Of a stretch of 19,580 nt of DNA, positions 1-9,654 are shown piece after piece. A program made the position numbers and the translations under genes. Each line of letters begins with the position of its first letter. Within the stretch, counting starts at the first letter, position 1. Source of the DNA: a virus; IMG/VR virus record IMGVR_UViG_3300007516_004473. One strand, 5' to 3'. The notes under the pieces were generated by a model. That model saw only the letters and a list, made by a program, of their open reading frames with translations, made no database searches and was not told the origin of the DNA.

Positions 1-132
1 CACGATATGATTCCACCAATGGACAGCCCAGGAGCTTTTTTTACCATCGGTGATGACAAGCCTCCGACTCAGCAAAAAATACAAAAAAAATGTAAATGTT
101 GTAAGAAGAATCAGTTTGGCAAAAGAATGTAA
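1..132 (+). CDS. 3' end of a CDS truncated by the window edge; ends in a Cys-rich basic tail
   Basis: Frame 1 is open from base 1 to TAA at 130-132: HDMIPPMDSPGAFFTIGDDKPPTQQKIQKKCKCCKKNQFGKRM*. It overlaps convergently with 111..800. Confidence 0.5.
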   Translation, partial: HDMIPPMDSPGAFFTIGDDKPPTQQKIQKKCKCCKKNQFGKRM

Positions 133-800
133 TTTTTAGGTATAATGAATGAATTTTCCATCATATCAATAATTCTTATTTTAAAAACAAGACCTTTATT
201 TAACACAATGTCGTTATCTGCATAGATTGCACATATCCATCCGTCCCATCTTTTATTGAATTCATCTATGCTCCATGTTCTAATCTTTAATTCTTTGTCG
301 CTATTGTTTATGTATTTTATTATTCCTGCTTTTTCATCATAATGAACCATTACCATAGCATGTCCAGGTATTCCAAAAAGAACGCCACGATTTTCTTTAA
401 CAACAGCTTTTTGTATGAGACTTCTATTTGCTTTGCTGGTTGTTTGTTCAAATTTAACATTAATTTTTTTAAGCTTGCTGGCAGTTACTGATGGACTGCT
501 ATATCCTTGACATTCGGAGTCATTGGTAAGCCATTTTAGTTTTCTTTCTTCTGCATATCTTCCTATGCATTCAATCGATGCCCAAACACACTGTATTCCA
601 GTCTTGTTGTAAACTCTGTCTTTCATTGGTATCGGAACCATAACATTTGTTGTGTCGTCATCTGCTACTCCTTCAAATGAAGCAATAGGATTTGTATGTT
701 TTTTTTCTGAATATTTTTTTATATCAATGGAATTGTAGATTGAAATTGAGATAAAGACACAGATGACATAAAGCAAAAAAAATACTTTTTTTGATTTCAT
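111..800 (-). CDS. Exported or membrane-anchored papain/C39-like cysteine peptidase candidate
   Basis: 229 aa; N-terminal hydrophobic segment KVFFLLYVICVFISISIY; GIQCVWASIECIG (Cys), GHAMVMVHYD (His) and YINNSD (Asn/Asp) in the order expected for C39/papain-fold peptidases; upstream RBS AAGGAGG. Confidence 0.6.
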   Translation of the reverse strand: MKSKKVFFLLYVICVFISISIYNSIDIKKYSEKKHTNPIASFEGVADDDTTNVMVPIPMKDRVYNKTGIQCVWASIECIGRYAEERKLKWLTNDSECQGYSSPSVTASKLKKINVKFEQTTSKANRSLIQKAVVKENRGVLFGIPGHAMVMVHYDEKAGIIKYINNSDKELKIRTWSIDEFNKRWDGWICAIYADNDIVLNKGLVFKIRIIDMMENSFIIPKNYILLPN

Positions 801-903
801 ATTCCTCCTTGAATCTTTTAAATATATAGTAAAACAAAAGATTTAACGGATAATTTTTGATAATATTTTTGCCCAAATGCTTATGCTATTTGTTTTATTT
901 ACG

Positions 904-939
904 AAAAAAAGCCTTGGTGACTATTCCAAGGCTTTTTTT
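904..939 (-). terminator. Intrinsic terminator, symmetric and possibly bidirectional
   Basis: AAAAAAAGCCTTGG-TGACTATT-CCAAGGCTTTTTTT, a perfect stem with flanking A/T tracts, just downstream of the minus-strand poly-Asp ORF. Confidence 0.85.
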
Positions 940-964
940 GTTTTGTAATTTACTTTAACATATT

Positions 965-1384
<420 letters not shown>

Positions 1385-1441
1385 AACGGTTTTCCTTTTG
1401 TATGGGTTATATGATACATATTAAATATAATGAGGTTGTTG

Positions 1442-1876
1442 ATGAAAAAAATAATTTTTTTTGTAGTTTTTGGTATTTTTTTATCTGGCTGTCAATTTGC
1501 TGGCTTTATTAGCCCAATTGTAACTGGTGTAATTATATGGAAAGAAGGAAGGGCTTATAAGTATTATGACCTCGATGAGGATGTTATGTACAAAGCCATT
1601 AAAAGAACATTAAAAGAATCATCTATTAGAATTATTGAAGATAAATACACAAGATTTGGTCGTCACATACAAGCTCAAGGTCGTGATGCTTTCTCATTTT
1701 ACATTAAAAATATGAATCATGGCACTACAGAAGTTAGTCTTAGAATCAACACATTTGGCAATAAATCATACTGTGAGATGGTATTTTCACAAATTGATGA
1801 AAATACCGGCCTAGTTGAGTATAACCAGGCCGGCAAGTCGCCTACGAATTTATCAACAGCCATTTCTAGTGATTAA
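1442..1876 (+). CDS. Putative lipoprotein of unknown function
   Basis: ORF 1430..1876. Internal ATG at 1442 is preceded by GAGG and gives MKKIIFFVVFGIFLSGCQFAGF, a signal peptide with lipobox L-S-G-C. Confidence 0.7.
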   Translation: MKKIIFFVVFGIFLSGCQFAGFISPIVTGVIIWKEGRAYKYYDLDEDVMYKAIKRTLKESSIRIIEDKYTRFGRHIQAQGRDAFSFYIKNMNHGTTEVSLRINTFGNKSYCEMVFSQIDENTGLVEYNQAGKSPTNLSTAISSD

Positions 1877-3505
1877 CTGGCAGACAGATGTTGATGTTTT
1901 TGTACAAAATTTTGATGTTGTGTAACATCCAATCTTTGGAGCTGGACTTGGCGATAAAGATTCACAGTCGCATTTTATAGTCACTCCTTTTGATCCACAC
2001 CCAGCATTATTCTCTCCCTTCCATTGCTTTCCATATTCTGGAGAGTTTGGGTTGCATGCGTTATTTGGTTGGCACATACATGATATTTTCTTACGTAAAA
2101 GTTTTCCATCTTTGATTTCAAATGTTTTAGAGTCTTCTTCACCAATCAGATTTTTTTCTGTGAGGTAGTTGACGCACATTTTTGCACTATTCTGAATATC
2201 TTCATCAGATGTTTCTGTTGCATGAAGGAGGTTGTTGTTGTTATCGAACACATAGATTCCTTTGCATGGAAGATCAACGCTAAAGTTTTGTGTTTTTGTT
2301 CCTTGTGCAGATACTTGGCCGCCAAAAGTCATAGACTTTAGAGTTTGTGTTTTCCATAAAAAGCCACCATCTGTTATTTCTTGTGTTATTTGATCATTAT
2401 CTTTTATAATCGAAGAGTATCCAATGTCTTTTAACATTTTTATTTCTTGTTTAATTATGTTTCTTTTGAAAAAAACATCAATCAAAGTTTTGCTATATTT
2501 GCCTTCGTTGTTTGTTTTGTCGTAGTTTAGCATTTGTTGTGCAGCTGAGCTGAAAAAATTTATAGTGTCGGCATATTGACATGCATGAAGTATCATTTTT
2601 GCAGCACAGTCACGAGCAATTTTCAAAGCTTCTATTTGGCTTAGACCTGTCTTTAGATTTTGTTTATACATATTGACAAGGCATTCATACCATGTTCCAG
2701 TCCATACTCTGCTGAAGCTATGGCATTCATTTGAAAGTTGATCATTTGGTGCATTTTCTGGAAGTTTAGATGGTATAACATATTTAAAGTTGTTTGATGC
2801 ATCTCTCAATGAAAAGGCATAGTTTCTATCACCAGTTGCATCAAATATAGCTTTCCCTAGTTCTTCGGCTAGTCTACTGACAATATTTGATTTTGACATA
2901 TCGCCTGCCGTTTGCGATAAAGCTCTCTCAAGTATTTTGTCATACTGCATTATGTTAAGTATTGCAACGATATCTCCAAAAGACTCATGGAAAGCCCAAG
3001 CTTCGTAAGATTGTGCACTCCACATATCTGGTCTTAGAATGTCTAAGAATGCGTGTCCAAACTCATGCGCAACAATGTCGGCAGATTCTGATGTGTAGAC
3101 TGTTTTATGCATTATTGCATCGGTATCATAAAAGAATTTCAAGTTGGTTCTATCGTAAAATGCATTAAGTTCTTTGCCGGCTCTTGGATTAACATTTAAA
3201 ACAGAAACTGCAGCCCATTTTGTTAGGTCTTTATTTGTTTTGATATTTTTCGTTAAGTACTTGGCTATTGTGTTGATGGTTACATAGCAGCCTGCAGCTT
3301 GTCCTTGTAGCGTTCCAAGCTGACATCCTCCTCCGATGTAGCCATTTATATTCATTTTTAGCTGACATGGTTCTGGAGGAAGCATTTCTATCATCATATC
3401 TGATGTTGTTGGATCATTAATTATGTATTTGATTGTATTTGAGGTCGGTTTTTTTTGTGGCAATGTAGAGAGCATTTCGAAAATTGATTTTATCAGTCTA
3501 AACAT
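1853..3505 (-). CDS. Zinc metallopeptidase (HExxH, M4/M36-like) with Cys-rich C-terminus
   Basis: 550 aa; SADIVAHEFGHAFLD...WAFHESFGDIVA matches the HExxH plus downstream E(x)xxD arrangement of gluzincins; C-terminal ~80 aa contain many Cys; perfect RBS AAGGAGG upstream. Confidence 0.7.
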   Translation of the reverse strand: MFRLIKSIFEMLSTLPQKKPTSNTIKYIINDPTTSDMMIEMLPPEPCQLKMNINGYIGGGCQLGTLQGQAAGCYVTINTIAKYLTKNIKTNKDLTKWAAVSVLNVNPRAGKELNAFYDRTNLKFFYDTDAIMHKTVYTSESADIVAHEFGHAFLDILRPDMWSAQSYEAWAFHESFGDIVAILNIMQYDKILERALSQTAGDMSKSNIVSRLAEELGKAIFDATGDRNYAFSLRDASNNFKYVIPSKLPENAPNDQLSNECHSFSRVWTGTWYECLVNMYKQNLKTGLSQIEALKIARDCAAKMILHACQYADTINFFSSAAQQMLNYDKTNNEGKYSKTLIDVFFKRNIIKQEIKMLKDIGYSSIIKDNDQITQEITDGGFLWKTQTLKSMTFGGQVSAQGTKTQNFSVDLPCKGIYVFDNNNNLLHATETSDEDIQNSAKMCVNYLTEKNLIGEEDSKTFEIKDGKLLRKKISCMCQPNNACNPNSPEYGKQWKGENNAGCGSKGVTIKCDCESLSPSPAPKIGCYTTSKFCTKTSTSVCQLITRNGC

Positions 3506-3631
3506 ACAACCTCCTTGAATAATTTTAGTATTGATATGATGTATAATATATACAATCTTGAAGGTCTATATTGGTAGACAACTGGAAATTATCTAACCGA
3601 AATCGTCAATTACTTACTTTGCCAAAATAAT

Positions 3632-4147
3632 ATGAAAAAAGAAAAAATCATACAAGAACAAAGAACTATAGAAGCTATGAAAAATGGCTATATGGGTCTT
3701 GAGGGAAAATTTGGAAAAATATTAAAATCTATTGGTTATCCTATACTTAAGCAAGGTGGTGGTAATTTTTCACAATCATTTCTTGAAGATTTTTATGATA
3801 TGTCTGAACCTGAAGACATGCCAACTATGGATGAAGATGAGATTGTTTATGAAATAGGAATGGGGTACGATTCTTATTCTCGTGGTGTTAATATATCTAT
3901 AAGTTTAGTTCAAGCGAACTCTGAGATTAAAGTTTTCTATGATGGTTTGCTTGTTTATATGGAGTCTATAGGAGAACTTGATTCTTATGTTCCAGGGGAT
4001 TGGGAACAACATATTGATGCTATATATAAAGAAGCTATAGATTCTGAAAAATCAAAAAAAACAATAGATTCTGCTATTCTTTTTAAGAACGCAAACAAGA
4101 GACGCAATGAGATTCTAGATCGACTAAAGAAAAAATGGGGTGTATAA
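3632..4147 (+). CDS. Hypothetical protein
   Basis: 171 aa ORF with acidic and basic segments; no motif recognised. Confidence 0.6.
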   Translation: MKKEKIIQEQRTIEAMKNGYMGLEGKFGKILKSIGYPILKQGGGNFSQSFLEDFYDMSEPEDMPTMDEDEIVYEIGMGYDSYSRGVNISISLVQANSEIKVFYDGLLVYMESIGELDSYVPGDWEQHIDAIYKEAIDSEKSKKTIDSAILFKNANKRRNEILDRLKKKWGV

Positions 4148-4497
4148 TGGTTGATTACACAGAGTTAAGTAGAAATGGAATTGTATTGTATTTGCATAAA
4201 TCAGGGTATATTGTTGAAAAAATATCAGTCCCAGCCAACATTAAAATTCAGACTAAGATAGATTTTGATAGCCTTACTATGGCTGAGATGTTTGCTAAAT
4301 CACTTTTAAAAGAAGAAAAAAAAGTTTATCAAGCTATTATAAGATTTGATAGAGGTTTGGGTTTTGAGTATCGAACAGTAAACAACATTAGGTGTGATGG
4401 AGAAGATGATGCCGAAGCCATTGCCTTAAAAACTAGTGGTTTTGATAGTGATCCTAAGATTAAAATTTTACAAGTAAAAATAAGAGTGCAAAATTGA
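4147..4497 (+). CDS. Hypothetical protein
   Basis: ORF track gives 4135..4497. The likely start is the ATG overlapping the upstream stop (TAATG, 4145-4149) with GGGG upstream, suggesting translational coupling. Confidence 0.6.
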   Translation: MVDYTELSRNGIVLYLHKSGYIVEKISVPANIKIQTKIDFDSLTMAEMFAKSLLKEEKKVYQAIIRFDRGLGFEYRTVNNIRCDGEDDAEAIALKTSGFDSDPKIKILQVKIRVQN

Positions 4498-4546
4498 CTT
4501 CGTTGGATAGATATATTTAGTGGTAATTTTACTTTAAGGAGTAAAT

Positions 4547-5095
4547 ATGAACAATCAAAATGCCGAAAAATGGACTTTAGAAGATGGTAGAAAAGTTGAA
4601 AAACGGACCAATGAAACTGTTGATTCAGTTAATTTGACAAGTGAAAAAGTTGTTGAATTACATATGGAGGATGAAAGACCTCTTAAGCTTAAACAGCGTG
4701 TTGTTGAAAAATCTAAACCATTTGTTTTTGAGCGAAAAGTTGAGACTATTGATGCTAATGGCAATGTTGTTGATGTTAAGGTTGAAAGTTCAGAACCAAA
4801 AGTTCAGATGCAATTTGTCGAACATATTGCTGTCAATAGTGGTGTTGCAGCACATGGTGTTTGCAAGAAGGTATGTCATCCAAAGGGCGTAACCAAAGAA
4901 GAACTTGCCGAAGCGATTGCATTAGCAATAAATGCATCTAAAGACAACAATGACCTAAAAATCAACAGTCTTGGTCTAGCTGATCAGATTGCAGAAAAAA
5001 TCAACTCTGAAGGCAGTGGAATTACAACCAAAGTTCTTATTGGTTTAATTGTTGCTTTAACTATAGGTTTGGGATACTTATTGTTTGTTGCGTGA
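4547..5095 (+). CDS. Tail-anchored membrane protein, unknown function
   Basis: 182 aa; strong RBS AAGGAG; hydrophilic body and single C-terminal TM TTKVLIGLIVALTIGLGYLLFVA. Confidence 0.7.
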   Translation: MNNQNAEKWTLEDGRKVEKRTNETVDSVNLTSEKVVELHMEDERPLKLKQRVVEKSKPFVFERKVETIDANGNVVDVKVESSEPKVQMQFVEHIAVNSGVAAHGVCKKVCHPKGVTKEELAEAIALAINASKDNNDLKINSLGLADQIAEKINSEGSGITTKVLIGLIVALTIGLGYLLFVA

Positions 5096-5117
5096 TAGTT
5101 TAGTATTAAATACAAAT

Positions 5118-5140
5118 GGGGAAATTAGTTTAATTTCCCC
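5118..5140. terminator. Hairpin between convergent genes, probable intrinsic terminator
   Basis: GGGGAAATTA-GTT-TAATTTCCCC perfect 10-bp stem followed by AGTTTT; lies between 5095 (+) and 5173 (-). Confidence 0.7.
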
Positions 5141-5172
5141 AGTTTTAAAAAACATCTCTAAATAATTTAATT

Positions 5173-6000
5173 TTACGGAATCAAAAGATCTCCAGATGTA
5201 ATAACATGCGGAATTTCGCATATTTTATCTGGTTGTGTTTTTGCTCCGCTATATGACATAATTGTTTTTCTTGCAAGATCACCTTCTATAGCACCAGCAC
5301 CATATTCTATAATTTGTGTTATTCGTGAATTAGCATCAATGGTTTGTTTTTTAAATGTATATATTCCAACTCCACGTCCACGAAGAAGTTCCCAGTCTTC
5401 TTGTGTTGAATTATAATCAAATCCAGCTTCTGTTATGATGGCTTGGTCGATTGGATTAGATACATCAAGTAAAATAAGATGATTTAAGTTATTTTGGAAT
5501 GTAAATCTATTTGATATAGTATCTCTTGTGAAAAAGGTTGGAAGTTCGGCTACTCCGGCTTTTTTGTTGAACTTAAGTTCTATTTCTGCGGAACTATTCG
5601 ATATGTACATTTTAATAATTTGTTTTGCACGTTGAGACTTTGATTTGATGATCAAATGATTTTTTGTTGAGTTAGTTGCAACACTTGCTACATACATTCC
5701 TGAAAATATTTCATTTGTATTTAGTATTTCTGCAATTTCATAAGATTTCGTATTTGCTGGATCTGCTCCAGCTATGTTTACACTAAGAGATGACCAATTT
5801 CTATACTCTTCATCCCATGCGTAATTTATCGTTAATGTGTTATTTGATGACAAGTTATAAGGTTCGTTATTATATGCGAACTGGTAGTCTTGGTTGTTTT
5901 GATTGGCTTTAACTTTAAATGTTAAGGAGTACTGCCTATCATTGCCTGTTTGAAGATAGCCTTGGTACTCTTGGTTGAATACATTTTGAAAGAATGACAT
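5173..6000 (-). CDS. Hypothetical protein, possibly a virion/structural protein
   Basis: 275 aa; Asn/Ser-rich, beta-like sequence without signal peptide; RBS AAAAGAGG upstream. Confidence 0.5.
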   Translation of the reverse strand: MSFFQNVFNQEYQGYLQTGNDRQYSLTFKVKANQNNQDYQFAYNNEPYNLSSNNTLTINYAWDEEYRNWSSLSVNIAGADPANTKSYEIAEILNTNEIFSGMYVASVATNSTKNHLIIKSKSQRAKQIIKMYISNSSAEIELKFNKKAGVAELPTFFTRDTISNRFTFQNNLNHLILLDVSNPIDQAIITEAGFDYNSTQEDWELLRGRGVGIYTFKKQTIDANSRITQIIEYGAGAIEGDLARKTIMSYSGAKTQPDKICEIPHVITSGDLLIP

Positions 6001-6027
6001 TTTACCTCTTTTGCTAAAAATCTAAGG

Positions 6028-6195
6028 TTATTTATGCAACTGGAAACAAATCTTACATGGGAGGTTGATTGGCATATCTCGCATGCTTGTTGTCGAGTGG
6101 TCGAAAACAAACATATGTCCGCATTCAAGAATAACCTTGAACTTACTAAGTTTAGGCATATTCTTTACGATTTTAATTCTTTTTAGGGCACTCAT
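6028..6195 (-). CDS. Small putative zinc-binding protein (CGH...CxxC)
   Basis: 55 aa: MSALKRIKIVKNMPKLSKFKVILECGHMFVFDHSTTSMRDMPINLPCKICFQLHK*. It fills the gap between 5173..6000 and 6199..6669 on the same strand and is below the ORF-track cutoff. Confidence 0.6.
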   Translation of the reverse strand: MSALKRIKIVKNMPKLSKFKVILECGHMFVFDHSTTSMRDMPINLPCKICFQLHK

Positions 6196-6198
6196 TTT

Positions 6199-6669
6199 TT
6201 AAAATCCAGCTTCTATACCTTTGATTATTTGTCTGAGTTCATCAACATCAACTCTGCTTGCTTCAACTTGCTTTTCCATAAATATATGTAGCCAAGCTCC
6301 ATCAACGCATTGTAAAGATTCTACTTGTTTGATTCTTTTGCAATAATTTGAAACAACCTCTTCTTCTAATCCTAAAGCATGTCTTAGTATGTCTTCTGGA
6401 TTATTTAGTTTTGGTAGTTTATCTTGATATGGTCTATTTGTGATGTGATTTTGAGCGCCTATGCCAATCATCATATCGTAGAATTCTGAAACATGTTTCA
6501 TTTCTTTGGCAGATTCTTCAAGTAAGTGGTCTTTATATTCTTTGGCGTGCAATCCTTGAACAAGTGATGCACTTTGTAGGTAAAAGTGCATATGAGTTAG
6601 TTCGTTCCGAAGATCGCCTTCTAAAATTTCATACATGCTTGATATGTCTTTGATTTCTATTTCTTGCAT
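6199..6669 (-). CDS. Ferritin-like diiron-fold protein
   Basis: 156 aa; four-helix pattern with ELTHMHFYLQSA, HLLEESAKEMKHVSEFYD (ExxH), LGLEEEVVSNY and WLHIFMEKQVEASRVDVDEL; RBS AGGAG. Confidence 0.7.
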   Translation of the reverse strand: MQEIEIKDISSMYEILEGDLRNELTHMHFYLQSASLVQGLHAKEYKDHLLEESAKEMKHVSEFYDMMIGIGAQNHITNRPYQDKLPKLNNPEDILRHALGLEEEVVSNYCKRIKQVESLQCVDGAWLHIFMEKQVEASRVDVDELRQIIKGIEAGF

Positions 6670-6881
6670 TGCAGCTCCTATTTAATAGTACTTTTCTGAA
6701 AGCCTTTCTATATTAATTCTAAGTCATATGTTTAGTTATTTTCAAGTATTGTTATGACAAATGCATATTAAAGTAAATCAAGCTAAGTGTTAAGGCGGCC
6801 TTGTGAATATTTTTAATTAAAAATTAAATAATTTCACCAAAATCTATATATCTTAAAATAGTTTACACTTCGGGAAAAAAT

Positions 6882-8699
6882 ATGAGCTTGCCTAATTATA
6901 CTGGAAATTTATCAGAATCAGTCTGGAGAAATGGTTATAAGAATTTGCGTGAATATTATGCAAATGCTTACGACAACAAGTATTACCAATTCGATAAGTA
7001 CCAAATAGACATTAACCCAGATGAGTCTATGGAATTTTTAGAATCTTATGATGCTAAAAAAAGACAAACAGAAATCATTAAATGTGTTCATAGTTTTTCT
7101 TATTTTTGTCAAAAATATGTAAAAATATTACATCCAACTAAAGGTTTAGTTCCTTTTTTGATGTTCAAGTATCAACACAAGGTTATTAAAGATTATGAGA
7201 ACAATAGGTTTAATATAATTAGCAAGTTTCGCCAAGGGGGACTAACAACAGTTACTTTGCTTTGGGGTATGTGGAAGTGTATGTTTCAAACAGATCAGCA
7301 AATTATGTTATTATCAAAGACTGATCGAGAAGCTACTGATATAGGTATGATGTTGGATAGGGCTGTAGAGAATTTGCCAACTTGGATGAGTCCAAAAAAA
7401 GATGGAAAGTGGAACGATCATCTAAAGATGTTTACTGAAACTGGGAGTTCAGTAAAGTTTTATAGTCCCCAAGCAGCTCGTGGAAAGTCAGTAACATTTT
7501 TAATTATCGATGAAGCTGCATTTATTGAAGATATGGATAAGCATTGGAAAGCTATGTGGCCTGTTTTGTCTACAGGTGGAAGTTGTGCATTGGTGTCAAC
7601 TGTTAATGGTATTGGCAACTGGTATTATCACACATACATAGAAGCTAAAGAAAAAAGAAATTTATTTCATGTTATAGATTTAGATTATTGGGAGCATCCT
7701 GATTACAATAATCCAAAATGGGCTTCTGAACAGAAATCTCAACTTGGTGAAAAAGGTTTCCTTCAAGAAGTTCTTCGTGAATTTCTCGGCAGTGGTGAGA
7801 CATATTTTTCTTCTAGAATCGTTCGTGATCTTACCGAACAGACAATTAACAATAATCCAAGTAAAAAGCTTTTTCCTAAGTGGGTTAATTTACAGGGATT
7901 TGCTTCAACTGTAGAAAGCGAACATAACAAAGGAGCTATGTGGCTTTGGAAAGAACCTATAAATGGAAGAGAATATATTATAGGTGTTGATTGTGCTGAA
8001 GGCCAAGGTGACAATAATGACAATAGTTGCATGCAAATTATAGATCAATCATCATGTGAACAGGTAGCCGAGTTTTACAGCAACACCATACCACCAAATG
8101 CATTTGCTCAAGTTTTAAAAGAAGTTGCTATATTCTATAACAATGCTTTAGTTGTTGTAGAAAACATGGGTCCTGGTATGGCTGTTCTTAATACTTTGCA
8201 AAACCATTTGTATTATGACAATATATATTTCGAGAGTAAAAAAGGCAATCCAAAACCTGGTGTCAAGGTCGGCCAAGTTAATCGTCCTCTTTTGCTTGAA
8301 ACATTACAGAGCAGGTTGATCAATCAAAACATTAGAATAAACAGCATTAGGCTTGTCAATGAACTCGGAACTTTTGAATACAATTCGACCACTAAAAAAG
8401 CTCAAGCCCACAAGGGAAAACATGATGACGCTATTATGTCTATATGTATTGCTCTTTTTATTCGTGATCAAATTCATCAAGATGTTCCATTCGGAGCAAC
8501 TCAAGATATTGCTTCCATATCTGGCAAGGTGAGCAATGAAGTTTACGAGGAAATAAAGCGAGAGCTTCTTGATGGAAAGCCAGAAGACATATTGGAGATG
8601 GCAAATGAAAATTTGTTTGATGATGAAGATATGATGAATTCAGAATCTCTCAAATTTAGAAGAAAAAATAATGCTATTCTTAGAGAATTTGGGTGGTAG
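6882..8699 (+). CDS. Phage terminase large subunit (T4 gp17-type ATPase-nuclease)
   Basis: 605 aa; SKFRQGGLTTVT (Walker A-like), VTFLIIDEAAFIED (Walker B), VSTVNGIGNWYY (motif III-like), IIGVDCAEGQGDNND, VVENMGPG and KHDDAIMSICIALF (RNase H-fold nuclease acidic residues). Confidence 0.93.
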   Translation: MSLPNYTGNLSESVWRNGYKNLREYYANAYDNKYYQFDKYQIDINPDESMEFLESYDAKKRQTEIIKCVHSFSYFCQKYVKILHPTKGLVPFLMFKYQHKVIKDYENNRFNIISKFRQGGLTTVTLLWGMWKCMFQTDQQIMLLSKTDREATDIGMMLDRAVENLPTWMSPKKDGKWNDHLKMFTETGSSVKFYSPQAARGKSVTFLIIDEAAFIEDMDKHWKAMWPVLSTGGSCALVSTVNGIGNWYYHTYIEAKEKRNLFHVIDLDYWEHPDYNNPKWASEQKSQLGEKGFLQEVLREFLGSGETYFSSRIVRDLTEQTINNNPSKKLFPKWVNLQGFASTVESEHNKGAMWLWKEPINGREYIIGVDCAEGQGDNNDNSCMQIIDQSSCEQVAEFYSNTIPPNAFAQVLKEVAIFYNNALVVVENMGPGMAVLNTLQNHLYYDNIYFESKKGNPKPGVKVGQVNRPLLLETLQSRLINQNIRINSIRLVNELGTFEYNSTTKKAQAHKGKHDDAIMSICIALFIRDQIHQDVPFGATQDIASISGKVSNEVYEEIKRELLDGKPEDILEMANENLFDDEDMMNSESLKFRRKNNAILREFGW

Positions 8700-8772
8700 T
8701 TCATTGTGTAGTGGATTGCTGTGATCTTTAAATGTAATTTATAAACTTATTATTTTGAATTTTGGTGGTGAA

Positions 8773-9654
8773 ATGTCTATAGAAAAATATCTACAATCTA
8801 AATCAAAAACAATGCTTATTGCAGGTGTTGATTTGACAGAGTATTCTGAAAATCTTCGTGATTCTCTTATTTTAGAGGTTGATAAAAAATCTTTATGCGA
8901 GCAAATTTTTGATATCACTCAAATATCTGGATATCTTACAAGAATGGGATATCCAAGAGTTAACAATCTTATTTTTGATATGTTTATGCCTGGATCATTA
9001 CAAGAAGAATACAAATCTTTTGTTGAGTGGGCAGCTAAGTCAAATGATATTTCAGCAAATAAATTGCGATCTCTTCTTGCTAATATAAAATCAATGCAGT
9101 TCGCTAACCAGCCAGTTATCATGAGTGATATTGAATCTATCATTAATACAAAATGCGATAATATTGCAGAGAAGGCAATTATGCTTTCTGATATAATCCG
9201 TTCGCAAAAAGCAGAATGGAGTTCTGATGTTGCTCACATAAAGATAACAGCAAATGGTGACTTTAAAATAATTACCGAATCATCTGAAGCTGTTTTACAA
9301 TACAAAGATGATTGTTTTTTTGTTCAAGACAGAGATAATCTAAAGTCCAAAGACCAGCTGGCAATACTTGAAATATTAGATACATATAAATCTAATTTTA
9401 GATCTTACTATTTTTCTTATCCTTCTAATAAAAGAAGTTTAATTAATGAAAATATTAGGAAAATGTATCTTGGAAAAATGCATATGCCGTTTAATTATTC
9501 TTTGTCCATAAGAAAACCAGAGGCAATTAAGGGAATGGATACATGGTTACTTGTTGCTAGAAATTCTGATGTTAAATATGAACTTGACTCTTATAGAATG
9601 GCTGATGCTTCTAAAAAACCTAGGCTTGTTAGTATGGAAGAAAAAAATGAATAA
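8773..9654 (+). CDS. Hypothetical protein downstream of terminase
   Basis: ORF track 8755..9654 uses TTG. ATG at 8773 follows GGTGGTGA and gives MSIEKYLQSKSK.... Confidence 0.6.
   Translation: MSIEKYLQSKSKTMLIAGVDLTEYSENLRDSLILEVDKKSLCEQIFDITQISGYLTRMGYPRVNNLIFDMFMPGSLQEEYKSFVEWAAKSNDISANKLRSLLANIKSMQFANQPVIMSDIESIINTKCDNIAEKAIMLSDIIRSQKAEWSSDVAHIKITANGDFKIITESSEAVLQYKDDCFFVQDRDNLKSKDQLAILEILDTYKSNFRSYYFSYPSNKRSLINENIRKMYLGKMHMPFNYSLSIRKPEAIKGMDTWLLVARNSDVKYELDSYRMADASKKPRLVSMEEKNE

Noticed and set aside
5922-6128. 68-aa minus-strand ORF with Cys residues
   Set aside because: Overlaps 5173..6000 and the better-placed 55-aa ORF at 6028..6195 in another frame.
7763-8504. Minus-strand ORFs 7763..8032 and 8304..8504
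   Set aside because: Wholly antisense to the terminase CDS, with no domain content.
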